64,000 nt of DNA, taken from positions 18,662,001 to 18,726,000 of the forward strand of contig OZ024754.1 in NCBI GenBank assembly GCA_964016885.1, written 5' to 3'. The notes under the pieces were generated by a model that saw only the letters and a program-made list of their open reading frames with translations, had not been told where the DNA came from and searched no databases. Numbering within the stretch: position 1 is the first letter of the stretch; the number at the start of each line of letters is the position of its first letter. The position numbers and the translations under genes are program-made. Below are positions 15,001-29,679 of this stretch, in pieces. The stretch comes from Eledone cirrhosa (lineage: Eukaryota).

Positions 15001-18000
15001 GCAGCAACAGTAGCAACAACAACAACGACAGCACCAAAAAGAGCAACAGCAGCAACAGTAGCAACAACAACAACAAGGACAGCACCAAAAAGAGCAACCA
15101 CAGCAACAGTAGCAACAACAACGACAGCACCAAAAAGAGCAACAACAGCAACAGTAGCAACAACAACAACAACAACGACAGCACCAAAAAAGAGCAACAG
15201 CAGCAACAGTAGCAACAACAACAACGACAGCACCAAAAAGAGCAACAACAGCAACAGTAGCAACAACAACAACAACGACGACAGCACCAAAAAGAGCAAC
15301 ACAGCAACAGTAGAAACAACAACAACAACGACAGCACCAAAAAGTGCAACAGCAGCAACAGTAGCAACAACAACAACGACAGCACCAAAAAGAGCAACAG
15401 CAGCAACAGTAGCAACAACAACAACAAGGACAGCACCAAAAAGAGCAACCACAGCAACAGTAGCAACAACAACGACAGCACCAAAAAGAGCAACAACAGC
15501 AACAGTAGCAACAACAACAACAACAACGACAGCACCAAAAAGAGCAACAGCAGCAACAGTAGCAACAACAACAACGACAGCACCAAAAAGAGCAACAACA
15601 GCAACAGTAGCAACAACAACAACGACAGCACCAAAAAGAGCAGCAGTAGCAACAGTAGCAACAACAACAACAACAACAACGACAGCACCCAAAAGAGCAA
15701 CAGTAGCAACAGCAACAACAACAACGACAGCATCAAAAATAGCAACAGTAGCAACAGTAGCAACAACAACAACAACAACGACAGCACCAAAAAGAGCAAC
15801 AGTAGCAACAACAACAACAACGACAGCACCAAAAAGAGCAACAGTAGCAACAGTAGCAACAACAACAACGACAGCACCAAAAAGAGCAACAGTAGTAACA
15901 GTAGCAACAACAACAACAACAACGACAGCACCAAAAAGAGCAACAACAGCAACAGTAGCAACAACAACAACAACAACGACAGCACCAAAAAGAGCAACAG
16001 TAGCAACAGTAGCAACAACAACAACGACAGCACCAAAAAGAGCAACAGTAGCAACAGTAGCAACAACAACAACAACGACAGCCCCAAAAAGGGCAACAAC
16101 AGCAACAGTAGCAACTACAACAACAACGAACAGCACCAGAAAGAACAACACCAGCCACAGTAACAACAACAACAACAACGACAGCACCAAAAAGAGCAAC
16201 AACAACAACAGTAGCAACAACAACAACAACAACGAACAGCACCAAAAAGAACAACACCAGCCACAGTAACAACAACAACAACAACGACAGCACCAAAAAG
16301 AGCAACATCAACAACAGTAGCAACAACAACAACAACCCCAGCACCAAAAAGAGCAACAACAGCAACAGTAGCAACAACAACAACAACCACAGCACCAAAA
16401 AGAGCAACAACAGCAACAGTAGCAACAACAACAACAACGACAGCACCAAAAAGAGCGACACCAGCAACAGTAGCAAGAACCACAACAACGACAGCACCAA
16501 AGAGAGCAACAACAGCAACAGTAGCAACAACAACAACAACCACAGCACCAAAAAGAGCAACAACAGCAACAGTAGCAACAACAACAACGACGACAGCACC
16601 AAAAAGAACAACACAGCAAAAGTAGCAACAACAACAACAACGACAGCACCAAAAAGAGCAACAGCAGCAACAGTAGCAACAACAACAACGACAGCACCAA
16701 AAAGAGCAACAGCAGCAACAGTAACAACAACAACAACAACGACAGCACCAAAAAGAGCAACACAGCAACAGTAGCAACAACAACAACAACGACATCAGCA
16801 CCAAAAAGAGCAACAACAGCAACAGTAGCAACAACAACAACAACCAAAGCACCAAAAAGAGCAACAGCAGCAACAGTAGCAACAACAACAACAACCACAG
16901 CACCAAAAAGAGCAACACCAGCAACAGTAGAAACAACAACAACAACCAAAACACCAAAAAGAGCAACAACAGCAACAGTAGCAACAACAACAACAACGAA
17001 AGCACCAGAAAGAGCAACATCAGCAACCGTAGCAACAACAACAACAACAACGACAGGACCAAAAAGAGCAACAACAGCAACAGTAGCAACAACAACAACA
17101 ACAACGACAGCACCAAAAAGATAAACATCAGCAACAGTAGCAACAACAACAACAACAACGACAGCACCAAAAAGAGCAACACAGCAACAGTAGTAACAAC
17201 AACAACCACAGCACCAAAAAGAGCAACAACAGCAACAGTAGCAACAACAACAACAACCACAGCACCAAAAAGAGCAACAACAGCAACAGTAGCAACAACA
17301 ACAACAACCACAGCACCAAAAAGAGCAACACCAGCAACAGTAGCAACAACAACAACAACAACGACAGCACCAAATGAGCAACACCAGCAACAGTAGCAAC
17401 AACAACAACGACATCAGCACCAAAAAGAGCAACACCAGCAACAGTAGCAACAACAACAACAACGACAGCACCAAAAAGAGCAACACCAGCAACAGTAGCA
17501 ACAACAACAACAACCACAGCACCAAAAAGAGCAACACCAGCAAGAGTAGCAACAACAACAACAACAACGACAGCACCAAAAAGAGCAACACAGCAACAGT
17601 AGCAACAACAACAACGACATCAGCACCAAAAAGAGCAACACCAGCAACAGTAGCAACAACAACAACAACAAACTCAGCAACAGTAGCAACAACAACAACG
17701 ACGACAGCACCAAAAAGAGCAACACCAGCAACAGTAGCAACAACAAAAACAACAACGACAGCACCAAAAAGAGCAACAGCAGCAACAGTAGCAATAACAA
17801 CAACAACGACGACAGCACCAAAAAGAGCAACACAGCAACAGTAGCAACAACAACAACAACGACAACACCAAAAAGAGCAACAGCAGCAACAGTAGCAACA
17901 ACAACAACGACAGCACCAAAAAGAGCAACAACAGCAACAGTAGCAACAACAACAACAACAACGACAGCACCAAAAAGAGCAACACAGCAACAGTAGCAAC

Positions 18001-21000
18001 AACAACAACAACAACGACAGCACCAAAAAGAGCACCAACAGCAACAGTAGCAACAACAACAACAACGACGACAGCACCAAAAAGAGCAACACAGCAACAG
18101 TAGCAACAACAACAACAACGACAGCACCAAAAAGAGCAACAGTAGCAACAGTAGCAACAACAACAACGACAGCACCAAAAAGAGCAACAGCAGCAACAGT
18201 AGCAACAACAACAACAAGGACAGCACCAAAAAGAGCAACCACAGCAACAGTAGCAACAACAACGACAGCACCAAAAAGAGCAACAACAGCAACAGTAGCA
18301 ACAACAACAACAACAACGACAGCACCAAAAAGAGCAGCAGTAGCAACAGTAGCAACAACAACAACAACAACGACAGCCCCAAAAAGAGCAACGACAGCAA
18401 CAGTAGCAACAGCAACAACAACAACGACAGCACCAAAAAGAGCAACACCAGCAACAGTAGCAACAACAAAAACAACAACGACAGCACCAAAAAGAGCAAC
18501 AGCAGCAACAGTAGCAATAACAACAACAACGACGACAGCACCAAAAAGAGCAACACAGCAACAGTAGCAACAACAACAACAACGACAACACCAAAAAGAG
18601 CAACAGCAGCAACAGTAGCAACAACAACAACGACAGCACCAAAAAGAGCAACAACAGCAACAGTAGCAACAACAACAACAACGACGACAGCACCAAAAAG
18701 AGCAACAGCAGCAACAGTAGCAACAACAACAACAACGACGGCACCAAAAAGAGCAACACAGCAACAGTAGCAACAACAACAACAACAACGACAGCACCAA
18801 AAAGAGCAACAACAGCAACAGTAGCAACAACAACAACAACGACAGCACCAAAAAGAGCAACACAGCAACAGTAGAAACAACAACAACAACGACAGCACCA
18901 AAAAGAGCAACAGCAGCAACAGTAGCAACAACAACAACGACAGCACCAAAAAGAGCAACAGCAGCAACAGTAGCAACAACAACAAGGACAGCACCAAAAA
19001 GAGCAACCACAGCAACAGTAGCAACAACAACGACAGCACCAAAAAGAGCAACAACAGCAACAGTAGCAACAACAACAACAACAACGACAGCACCAAAAAG
19101 AGCAACAGCAGCAACAGTAGCAACAACAACAACGACAGCACCAAAAAGAGCAACAGCAGCAACAGTAGCAACAACAACAACGACAGCACCAAAAAGAGCA
19201 ACAACAGCAACAGTAGCAACAACAACAACGACAGCACCAAAAAGAGCAGCAGTAGCAACAGTAGCAACAACAACAACAACAACAACGACAGCACCCAAAA
19301 GAGCAACAGTAGCAACAGCAACAACAACAACGACAGCATCAAAAAGAGCAACAGTAGCAACAGTAGCAACAACAACAACAACAACGACAGCACCAAAAAG
19401 AGCAACAGTAGCAACAACAACAACAACGACAGCACCAAAAAGAGCAACAGTAGCAACAGTAGCAACAACAACAACGACAGCACCAAAAAGAGCAACAGTA
19501 GTAACAGTAGCAACAACAACAACAACAACGACAGCACCAAAAAGAGCAACAACAGCAACAGTAGCAACAACAACAACAACAACGACAGCACCAAAAAGAG
19601 CAACAGTAGCAACAGTAGCAACAACAACAACAACGACAGCACCATAAAGAGCAACAGTAGTAACAGTAGCAACAACAACAACAACAACGACAGCACCAAA
19701 AAGAGCAACAGTAGCAACAGTAGCAACAACAACAACAACGACAGCCCCAAAAAGGGCAACAACAGCAACAGTAGCAACTACAACAACAACGAACAGCACC
19801 AGAAAGAACAACACCAGCCACAGTAACAACAACAACAACAACGACAGCACCAAAAAGAGCAACAACAACAACAGTAGCAACAACAACAACAACAACGAAC
19901 AGCACCAAAAAGAACAACACCAGCCACAGTAACAACAACAACAACACGACAGCACCAAAAAGAGCAACATCAACAACAGTAGCAACAACAACAACAACCA
20001 CAGCACCAAAAAGAGCAACAACAGCAACAGTAGCAACAACAACAACAGCACCAAAAAGAGCAACAACAGCAACAGTAGCAACAACAACAACAACGACGAC
20101 AGCACCAAAAAGAGCAACCACAGCAACAGTAGCAACAACAACAACAACGACAGCACCAAAAAGAGCAACACAGCAACAGTAGCAACAACAGCAACAACCA
20201 CAGCACCAAAAAGAGCAACAACAGCAACAGTAGCAACAACAACAACAACCACAGCACCAAAAAGAGCAACAACAGCAACAGTAGCAACAACAACAACAAC
20301 GACAGCACCAAAAAGAGCGACACCAGCAACAGTAGCAACAACCACAACAACGACAGCACCAAAAAGAGCAACAACAGCAACAGTAGCAACAACAACAACA
20401 ACCACAGCACCAAAAAGAGCAACAACAGCAACAGTAGCAACAACAACAACGACGACAGCACCAAAAAGAACAACACAGCAACAGTAGCAACAACAACAAC
20501 AACGACAGCACCAAAAAGAGCAACAGCAGCAACAGTAGCAACAACAACAACGACAGCACCAAAAAGAGCAACAGCAGCAACAGTAACAACAACAACAACA
20601 ACGACAGCACCAAAAAGAGCAACACAGCAACAGTAGCAACAACAACAACAACGACATCAGCACCAAAAAGAGCAACAACAGCAACAGTAGCAACAACAAC
20701 AACAACCAAAGCACCAAAAAGAGCAACATCAGCAACAGTAGCAACAACAACAACAACCACAGCACCAAAAAGAGCAACACCAGCAACAGTAGAAACAACA
20801 ACAACAACCAAAACACAAAAAAGAGCAACAACAGCAACAGTAGCAACAACAACAACAACGAAAGCACCAGAAAGAGCAACATCAGCAACCGTAGCAACAA
20901 CAACAACAACAACGACAGGACCAAAAAGAGCAACAACAGCAACAGTAGCAACAACAACAACAACAACGACAGCACCAAAAAGATAAACATCAGCAACAGT

Positions 21001-24000
21001 AGCAACAATAACAACAACAACGACAGCACCAAAAAGAGCAACACAGCAACAGTAGCAACAACAACAACAACCACAGCACCAAAAAGAGCAACAACAGCAA
21101 CAGTAGCAACAACAACAACAACCACAGCACCAAAAAGAGCAACAACAGCAACAGTAGCAACAACAACAACAACCACAGCACCAAAAAGAGCAACACCAGC
21201 AACAGTAGCAACAACAACAACAACAACGACAGCACCAAAAAGAGCAACACCAGCAACAGTAGCAACAACAACAACGACATCAGCACCAAAAAGAGCAACA
21301 CCAGCAACAGTAACAACAACAACAACAACGACAGCACCAAAAAGAGCAACACCAGCAACAGTAGCAACAACAACAACAACCACAGCACCAAAAAGAGCAA
21401 CACCAGCAACAGTAGCAACAACAACAACAACAACGACAGCACCAAAAAGAGCAACACAGCAACAGTAGCAACAACAACAACGACATCAGCACCAAAAAGA
21501 GCAACACCAGCAACAGTAGCAACAACAACAACAACAAACTCAGCAACAGTAGCAACAACAACAACGACGACAGCACCAAAAAGAGCAACACCAGCAACAG
21601 TAGCAACAACAAAAACAACAACGACAGCACCAAAAAGAGCAACAGCAGCAACAGTAGCAATAACAACAACAACGACGACAGCACCAAAAAGAGCAACACA
21701 GCAACAGTAGCAACAACAACAACAACGACAACACCAAAAAGAGTAACAGCAGCAACAGTAGCAACAACAACAACGACAGCACCAAAAAGAGCAACAACAG
21801 CAACAGTAGCAACAACAACAACAACAACGACAGCACCAAAAAGAGCAACAACAGCAACAGTAGCAACAACAACAACAACGACGACAGCACCAAAAAGAGC
21901 AACACAGCAACAGTAGCAACAACAACAACAACGACAGCACCAAAAAGAGCAACAGCAGCAACAGTAGCAACAACAACAACGACAGCACCAAAAAGAGCAA
22001 CAGCAGCAACAGTAGCAACAACAACAACAAGGACAGCACCAAAAAGAGCAACCACAGCAACAGTAGCAACAACAACGACAGCACCAAAAAGAGCAACAAC
22101 AGCAACAGTAGCAACAACAACAACAACAACGACAGCACCAAAAAGAGCAGCAGTAGCAACAGTAGCAACAACAACAACGACAGCACCAAAAAGAGCAACA
22201 ACAGCAACAGTAGCAACAACAACAACAACAACGACAGCACCAAAAAGAGCAGCAGTAGCAACAGTAGCAACAACAACAACAACAACGACAGCCCCAAAAA
22301 GAGCAGCAGTAGCAACAGTAGCAACAGCAACAACAACAACGACAGCCCCAAAAAGAGCAGCAGTAGCAACAGTAGCAACAACAACAACAACAACGACAGC
22401 ACCAAAAAGAGCAGCAGTAGCAACAGTAGCAACAGCAACAACAACAACGACAGCACCAAAAAGAGCAACAGTAGCAACAGTAGCAACAACAACAACAACA
22501 ACGACAGCACCAAAAGGGCAACAGTAGCAACAACAACAACAACGACAGCACCAAAAAGAGCAACAGTAGCAACAGTAGCAACAACAACAACAACGACAGC
22601 ACCAAAAAGAGCAACAGTAGTAACAGTAGCAACAACAACAACAACAACGACAGCACCAAAAAGAGCAACAACAGCAACAGTAGCAACAACAACAACAACA
22701 ACGACAGCACCAAAAAGAGCAACAGTAGCAACAGTAGCAACAACAACAACAACGACAGCACCAAAAAGAGCAACAGTAGTAACAGTAGCAACAACAACAA
22801 CAACGACATCAGCAACAGTAGCAACAACAACAACAACGACGACAGCACCAAAAAGAGCAACCACAGCAACAGTAGCAACAACAACAACAACGACAGCACC
22901 AAAAAGAGCAACACAGCAACAGTAGCAACAACAGCAACAACCACAGCACCAAAAAGAGCAACAACAGCAACATTAGCAACAACAACAACAACCACAGCAC
23001 CAAAAAGAGCAACAACAGCAACAGTAGCAACAACAACAACAACGACAGCACCAAAAAGAGCGACACCAGCAACAGTAGCAACAACCACAACAACGACAGC
23101 ACCAAAAAGAGCAACAACAGCAACAGTAGCAACAACAACAACAACCACAGCACCAAAAAGAGCAACAACAGCAACAGTAGCAACAACAACAACAACGACA
23201 GCACCAAAAAGAGCGACACCAGCAACAGTAGCAACAACCACAACAACGACAGCACCAAAAAGAGCAACAACAGCAACAGTAGCAACAACAACAACGACGA
23301 CAGCACCAAAAAGAACAACACAGCAACAGTAGCAACAACAACAACGACAGCACCAAAAAGAGCAACAGCAGCAACAGTAGCAACAACAACAACAACGACA
23401 GCACCAAAAAGAGCAACACAGCAACAGTAGCAACAACAACAACAACGACATCAGCACCAAAAAGAGCAACAACAGCAACAGTAGCAACAACAACAACAAC
23501 CACAGCACCAAAAAGAGCAACAACAGCAACAGTAGCAACAACAACAACAACGACAGCACCAAAAAGAGCAACACCAGCAACAGTAGAAACAACAACAACA
23601 ACCAAAACACCAAAAAGAGCAACAACAGCAACAGTAGCAACAACAACAACAACGAAAGCACCAGAAAGAGCAACATCAGCAACCGTAGCAACAACAACAA
23701 CAACAACGACAGGACCAAAAAGAGCAACAACAGCAACAGTAGCAACAACAACAACAACAACGACAGCACCAAAAAGATAAACATCAGCAACAGTAGCAAC
23801 AACAACAACAACAACGACAGCACCAAAAAGAGCAACACAGCAACAGTAGCAACAACAACAACAACCACAGCACCAAAAAGAGCAACACCAGCAACAGTAG
23901 CAACAACAACAACGACATCAGCACCAAAAAGAGCAACACCAGCAACAGTAGCAACAACAACAACAACGACAGCACCAAAAAGAGCAACACCAGCAACAGT

Positions 24001-25781
24001 AGCATCAACAACAACAACCACAGCACCAAAAAGAGCAACACCAGCAACAGTAGCAACAACAACAACAACAACGACAGCACCAAAAAGAGCAACACAGCAA
24101 CAGTAGCACCAAAAAGAGCAACACAGCAACAGTAGCAACAACAACAACGGCATCAGCACCAAAAAGAGCAACACCAGCAACAGTAGCAACAACAACAACA
24201 ACAGACTCAGCAACAGTAGCAACAACAACAACGACGACAGCACCAAAAAGAGCAACACCAGCAACAGTAGCAACAACAAAAACAACAACGACAGCACCAA
24301 AAAGAGCAACAGCAGCAACAGTAGCAATAACAACAACAACGACGACAGCACCAAAAAGAGCAACACAGCAACAGTAGCAACAACAACAACAACAACGACA
24401 ACACCAAAAAGAGCAACAGCAGCAACCGTAGCAACAACAACAACGACAGCACCAAAAAGAGCAACAACAGCAACAGTAGCAACAACAACAACAACAACGA
24501 CAGCACCAAAAAGAGCAACAACAGCAACAGTAGCAACAACAACAACAACGACGACAGCACCAAAAAGAGCAACACAGCAACAGTAGCAACAACAACAACG
24601 ACAGCACCAAAAAGAGCAACAGCAGCAACAGTAGCAACAACAACAAGGACAGCACCAAAAAGAGCAACCACAGCAACAGTAGCAACAACAACGACAGCAC
24701 CAAAAAGAGCAACAACAGCAACAGTAGCAACAACAACAACAACAACGACAGCACCAAAAAGAGCAACAGCAGCAACAGTAGCAACAACAACAACGACAGC
24801 ACCAAAAAGAGCAACAACAGCAACAGTAGCAACAACAACAACAACAACGACAGCACCAAAAAGAGCAGCAGTAGCAACAGTAGCAACAACCACAACAACG
24901 ACAGCACCAAAAAGAGCAACAACAGCAACAGTAGCAACAACAACAACCACAGCACCAAAAAGAGCAACAACAGCAACAGTAGCAACAACAACAACGACGA
25001 CAGCACCAAAAAGAACAACACAGCAACAGTAGCAACAACAACAACAACGACAGCACCAAAAAGAGCAACAGCAGCAACAGTAGCAACAACAACAACGACA
25101 GCACCAAAAAGAGCAACAGCAGCAACAGTAACAACAACAACAACAACGACAGCACCAAAAAGAACAACACCAGCAACAGTAGCAACAACCACAACAACGA
25201 CAGCACCAAAAAGAGCAACAACAGCAACAGTAGCAACAACAACAACAACCACAGCACCAAAAAGAGCAACACCAGCAACAGTAGCAACAACAACAACAAC
25301 GACAGCACCAAAAAGAGCAACAACAGCAACATTAGCAACAACAACAACAACAACGACAGCACCAAAAAGAGCAACAACAGCAACAGTAGCAACAACAACA
25401 ACAACGACATCAGCAACAGTAGCAACAACAACAACAACAACGACGACAGCACCAAAAAGAGCAACTACAGCAACAGTAGCAACAACAACAACAACGAGAG
25501 CACCAAAAAGGACAACACAGCAACAGTAGCAACAACAACAACAACGACACCAGCAACAGTAGCAACAACAACAACAACGACGACAGCACCAAAAAGAGCA
25601 ACACAGCAACAGTAGCAACAACAGCAACAACGACAGCACCAAAAATAGCAACAGCAGCAACAGTAGCAACAACAACAACAACAACGACAGCACCAAAAAG
25701 AGCAACAGCAGCAACAGTAGCAACAACAACAACAACGACAGCAACAACAACAGCAGCAACAGTAACAACAACAACGACGAC
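1..25781. repeat. Giant tandem satellite, 51-bp consensus gacagcaccaaaaagagcaacaacagcaacagtagcaacaacaacaacaac, with (AAC)n length variation; continues beyond the left window edge
   Basis: Unit recurs directly (gacagc at 249 and 300, 51 bp apart). Roughly 500 copies. Ends abruptly at about 25781 before ttatatacggg. Recurrent -1 variant gcaacacagc and TAA variant aaaagataaa break the reading frames. Confidence 0.97.
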
Positions 25782-25890
25782 TTATATACGGGAGTGAAGG
25801 AAAAAGGAAAACAATAGATGTGGATGTGGTTTTCCAAAGTTGTCAGATATTGGTTGAAACTGATTCGTCTTTATAGTTTGGGAGAAAATA

Positions 25891-26073
25891 ATATAATTGT
25901 TTCTACTTTTGGCACAAGGCCAGCAAATACGCAGTGTATTACTGGTACTTTATTTTATCGACTCCGTAAGGATGAAAGGCAAAGTTATCCTCGGCAGGAT
26001 TTGAACTCAGACCGTAAAGGGACGTAACTCTATGCTTCAAAGCATGGTGTCCGACTCTCTACTGATACTGCCA
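25891..26073 (-). mobile_element. tRNA-derived SINE, family A
   Basis: Reverse complement of the copy at 61661-61855: A-box-like tggcagtatcag, B-box gagttcaaatcc, body gcctttcatccttacgg.gtcgataaaataaagtaccagt, tail ggccttgtgccaaaagtagaaacaattat. Confidence 0.88.
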
Positions 26074-26206
26074 TATAATGCAGGGATGTTCAGTGTGGAA
26101 TTAAACACTTTTACAGAGTAAAACAAACAAACAAAACAAGAAACAAAAAAAAACGAAAAGGAAGAGGAAGTTCTACATTTTGTATTTTAATCTGGTTTGT
26201 TTAAGT

Positions 26207-29093
26207 ATGTGTATACACATGCATGTGTGCAGTTCTGTGTGTACACATGCATGTGTGCAGTTCTGTGTGTACACATGCATGTGTGCAGTTATGTGTGTAC
26301 ACATGCATGTGTGTAGTTCTGTGTGTACACATGCATGTGTGCAGTTCTGTGTGTACACATGCATGTGTGCAGTTCTGTGTGTACACATGCATGTGTGCAG
26401 TTCTGTGTGTACACATGCATGTGTGCAGTTCTGTGTGTGTACACATGCATGTGTGTACACATGCATGTGTGTAGTTCTATGTGTGCAGTTCTGTGTGCAC
26501 ACATGAATGTGTGCAGTTCGTTGTGTACACATGCATGTGTACAGTTCTGTGTGTACACATGCATGTGTGTACACATGCATGTGTGCAGTTCTGTGTGTAC
26601 ACACGCATGTGTGCAGTTCTGTGTGTACACATGCATGTGTGCAGTTCTGTGTGTACACATGCATGTGTGCAGTCCTGTGTGTACACATGCATGTGTGTAG
26701 TTATGTGTGTACACATGCATGTGTGTAGTTATGTGTGTACACATGCATGTGTGTAGTTCTGTGTGTACACATGCATGTGTGCAGTTCTGTGTGTACACAT
26801 GCATGTGTGCAGTTCTGTGTGTATACATGCATGTGTGCAGTTCTGTGTGTACACATGCATGTGTGCAGTTCTGTGTGTGTACACATGCATGTGTGTACAC
26901 ATGCATGTGTGTAGTTCTATGTGTGCAGTTCTGTGTGCACACATGAATGTGTGCAGTTCTGTGTGTACACATGCATGTGTGTACACATGCATGTGTACAG
27001 TTCTGTGTGTACACATGCATGTGTGTACACATGAATGTGTGCATTTCTGTGTGTACACATGCATGTGTGCAGTTCTGTGTGTGTACACATGAATGTGTGC
27101 AGTTCTATGTGTACACATGCATGTGTACAGTTCTCTGTGTGTGTACACATGCATGTGTGAAGTTCTGTGTGTGTACACATGCATGTGTGCAGTTTTGTGG
27201 GTGTACACATGCATATGTACAGTTCTGTGTGTGTACACATGCATGTGTGCAGTTCTGTGTGTATACATGCATAAACACAGTTCTGTGTGTATACATGCAT
27301 ATGTACAGTTCTGTGTGTATACATACGTATGTACAGTTCTGTGTGTATAGATGCATGTGTGTAGTTCTGTATGTGTATATGCATGTGTGCAGTTCTGTGT
27401 GTGTATACATACACGTGTGCAGTTCTGTGTACGAATGCATATGTACAGTTCTGTGTGTGTATACATGCATATGTACAGTTCTGTATGTGTATACATGCAT
27501 ATGTACAGTTCTGTGTGTACACATGCATGTGTGTAGTTCAGTGTGTATACATGCATATGTACAGTTCTGTGTGTACACATGCATATGTGCAGTTCTGTGT
27601 ATATATATGCATGTGTGCAGTTCTGTGTGTATATATGCATATGTACAGTTCTGTGTGTGTATACATGCATGTGTGCAGTTCTGTGTGTATATTCATATGT
27701 ACAGTTCTGTGTGTGTATACATGCATATGTACAGTTCAGTATGTGTATACATGCATGTGTGCAGTTCTGTGTGTGTGTATGCATATGTACATTTCTGTGT
27801 GTGTATATGTGCATGTGTGCAATTCTGTGTGTGTATACGTGCATATGTGCAGTTCTGCGTGTATATATGCATATGTGCAGTTCTGTGTGTATATATGCAT
27901 GTGGGCAGTTCTGTGTGTATATACATGCAAGTGTGCAGTACTGTGTGTATATGCATGAGTGCAGCTCTGTGTGTATATATGCATGTGTGCAGTTCTGTGT
28001 GTATATACATGCATATGTGCAGTTCTGTGTGTATATATATGCATGCGTGCAATTCTGTGTGTATATATATACATATGTGCAATTCTGTGTATATATATAT
28101 GCATATGTGCAGATATGTGTGTATATATGCATGTGTGCAGTTCTGTGTGTATATACATGCATATGTGCAGCTCTGTGTGTATATATATGCATGCGTGCAA
28201 TTCTGTGTGTATATATATCCATATGTGCAATTCTGTGTATATATATATGCATATGTGCAGATCTGTGTGTGTATATGTGCATGTGTGCAGTTCTGTCTGT
28301 ATATATGCATATCTGCATTTCTCTGTGTGTATTTATGCATGTGTGCACTTTTGTGTGTGTATATATGCATGTGTGCAATTCTGTGTGTATATATATATAT
28401 GCATATGTGCAGTTCTGTGTGTATATATATACATATGTGCAGTTATGTGTGTGTATATATGCCTGTATGTAGTTCTGTGTGTATATATATGCATATGTGC
28501 AGTTCTGTGTGTGTATATGTGCATGTGTGCAGTTCTGTGTGTGTATATATACATGTGGTCAGTTCTGTGTGTGTATACATACATGTGTGCAGTTCTGTAT
28601 GTATATATGCATATGTACAGTTCTGTGTGTATATATGCATGTGTGCATTTCTGTGTGTGTATACATGCATATGTGCAGTTCTGTGTGTATATATGCATGT
28701 GGTCAGTTCTGTGTGTGTATACATACATGTGTGAGTTCTGTGTGTATATATGCATATGTACAGTTCTGTGTGTATATATATGCATGTGTGCAGTTGTGTG
28801 TGTATATACATGCATATGTGTAGTTCTGTGTGTATATATGCATGTGTGCAGTTCTGTGTGTATATATGCATCTATGCAGTTCTGTGTGTATATATATGCA
28901 TATGTGCAGTTCTGTGTGTGTATATGTGCATGTGTGCAGTTCTGTGTGTTTATATATGCATGTGTGCAGTTCTGTGTGTGTATACATACATGTGTGCAGT
29001 TCTGTGTGTATATATGCATATGTACAGTTCTGTGTGTATATATGCATGTGTGCAGTTCTGTGTGTGTATACATGCATATGTGCAGTTCTGTGT
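26207..29093. repeat. Minisatellite, about 28-bp unit gtgtgtacacatgcatgtgtgcagttct, drifting to gtgtatatatgcatatgtgcagttct
   Basis: cagttct recurs about every 28 bp. The H/T/C/V/Y-rich ORFs over this region are repeat artefacts. Confidence 0.95.
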
Positions 29094-29129
29094 TCGGACC
29101 TGTGAGACTATGTGCATATCATTTTGCTT

Positions 29130-29172
29130 GTATATATATATATATATATATATTTATTTGTGCATGCATGTG

Positions 29173-29219
<47 letters not shown>

Positions 29220-29377
29220 TGTGTATGTATGTATTTATGTGTATGTATGTATGTATGTATGTATGTATGTATGTATGTATGTGTATGTATGTATGTATGT
29301 GTGTGCGTGTGTATGTATGCATGTGTATGTATGTATGTATGTGTGTGCGTGTGTATGTAGGTGTGTGCATGTGTGTG
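29130..29377. repeat. Compound microsatellite (TA)n-(TG)n-(TATG)n
   Basis: Direct inspection. Confidence 0.9.
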
Positions 29378-29679
29378 TAATCTTGTAACGTTTTACTCTT
29401 GTAGATCTTATGAGACACTGATAAGAGATGAGCTAATTTGAGAAAAAAACAATGTAAAAACCCAAAGACAAAATGGATTTTACGAAGAGCGAGGGAGAGG
29501 GGGTGACACCCTCATAAACACACCTGCACATACCGTCAAATAGTGTCTTAGAGAGGGAGTGAGGGGGAAGACACACACATATACATGCGCCTGCACCCAC
29601 ACACACACATAACCGTCAAATAGTGTCTTAAAGAGGATACATACTTGTCAAGCGATTCCCCCCTATATGCATCCAATCC

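Noticed and set aside
1-25781. CRISPR-like repeat-spacer array
   Set aside because: The segments between the constant gcaccaaaaagagc cores are (AAC)n variants rather than unique spacers. No cas genes, and the context is eukaryotic.
2158-25837. Very long minus-strand poly-V/L/C ORFs (up to 1798 aa)
   Set aside because: These are translations of a stop-poor satellite in all three frames, switching register at indels, with no domain or unique sequence.
26173-29418. His/Cys-rich 'metal-binding' ORFs
   Set aside because: Six-frame translations of a 28-bp RY minisatellite.
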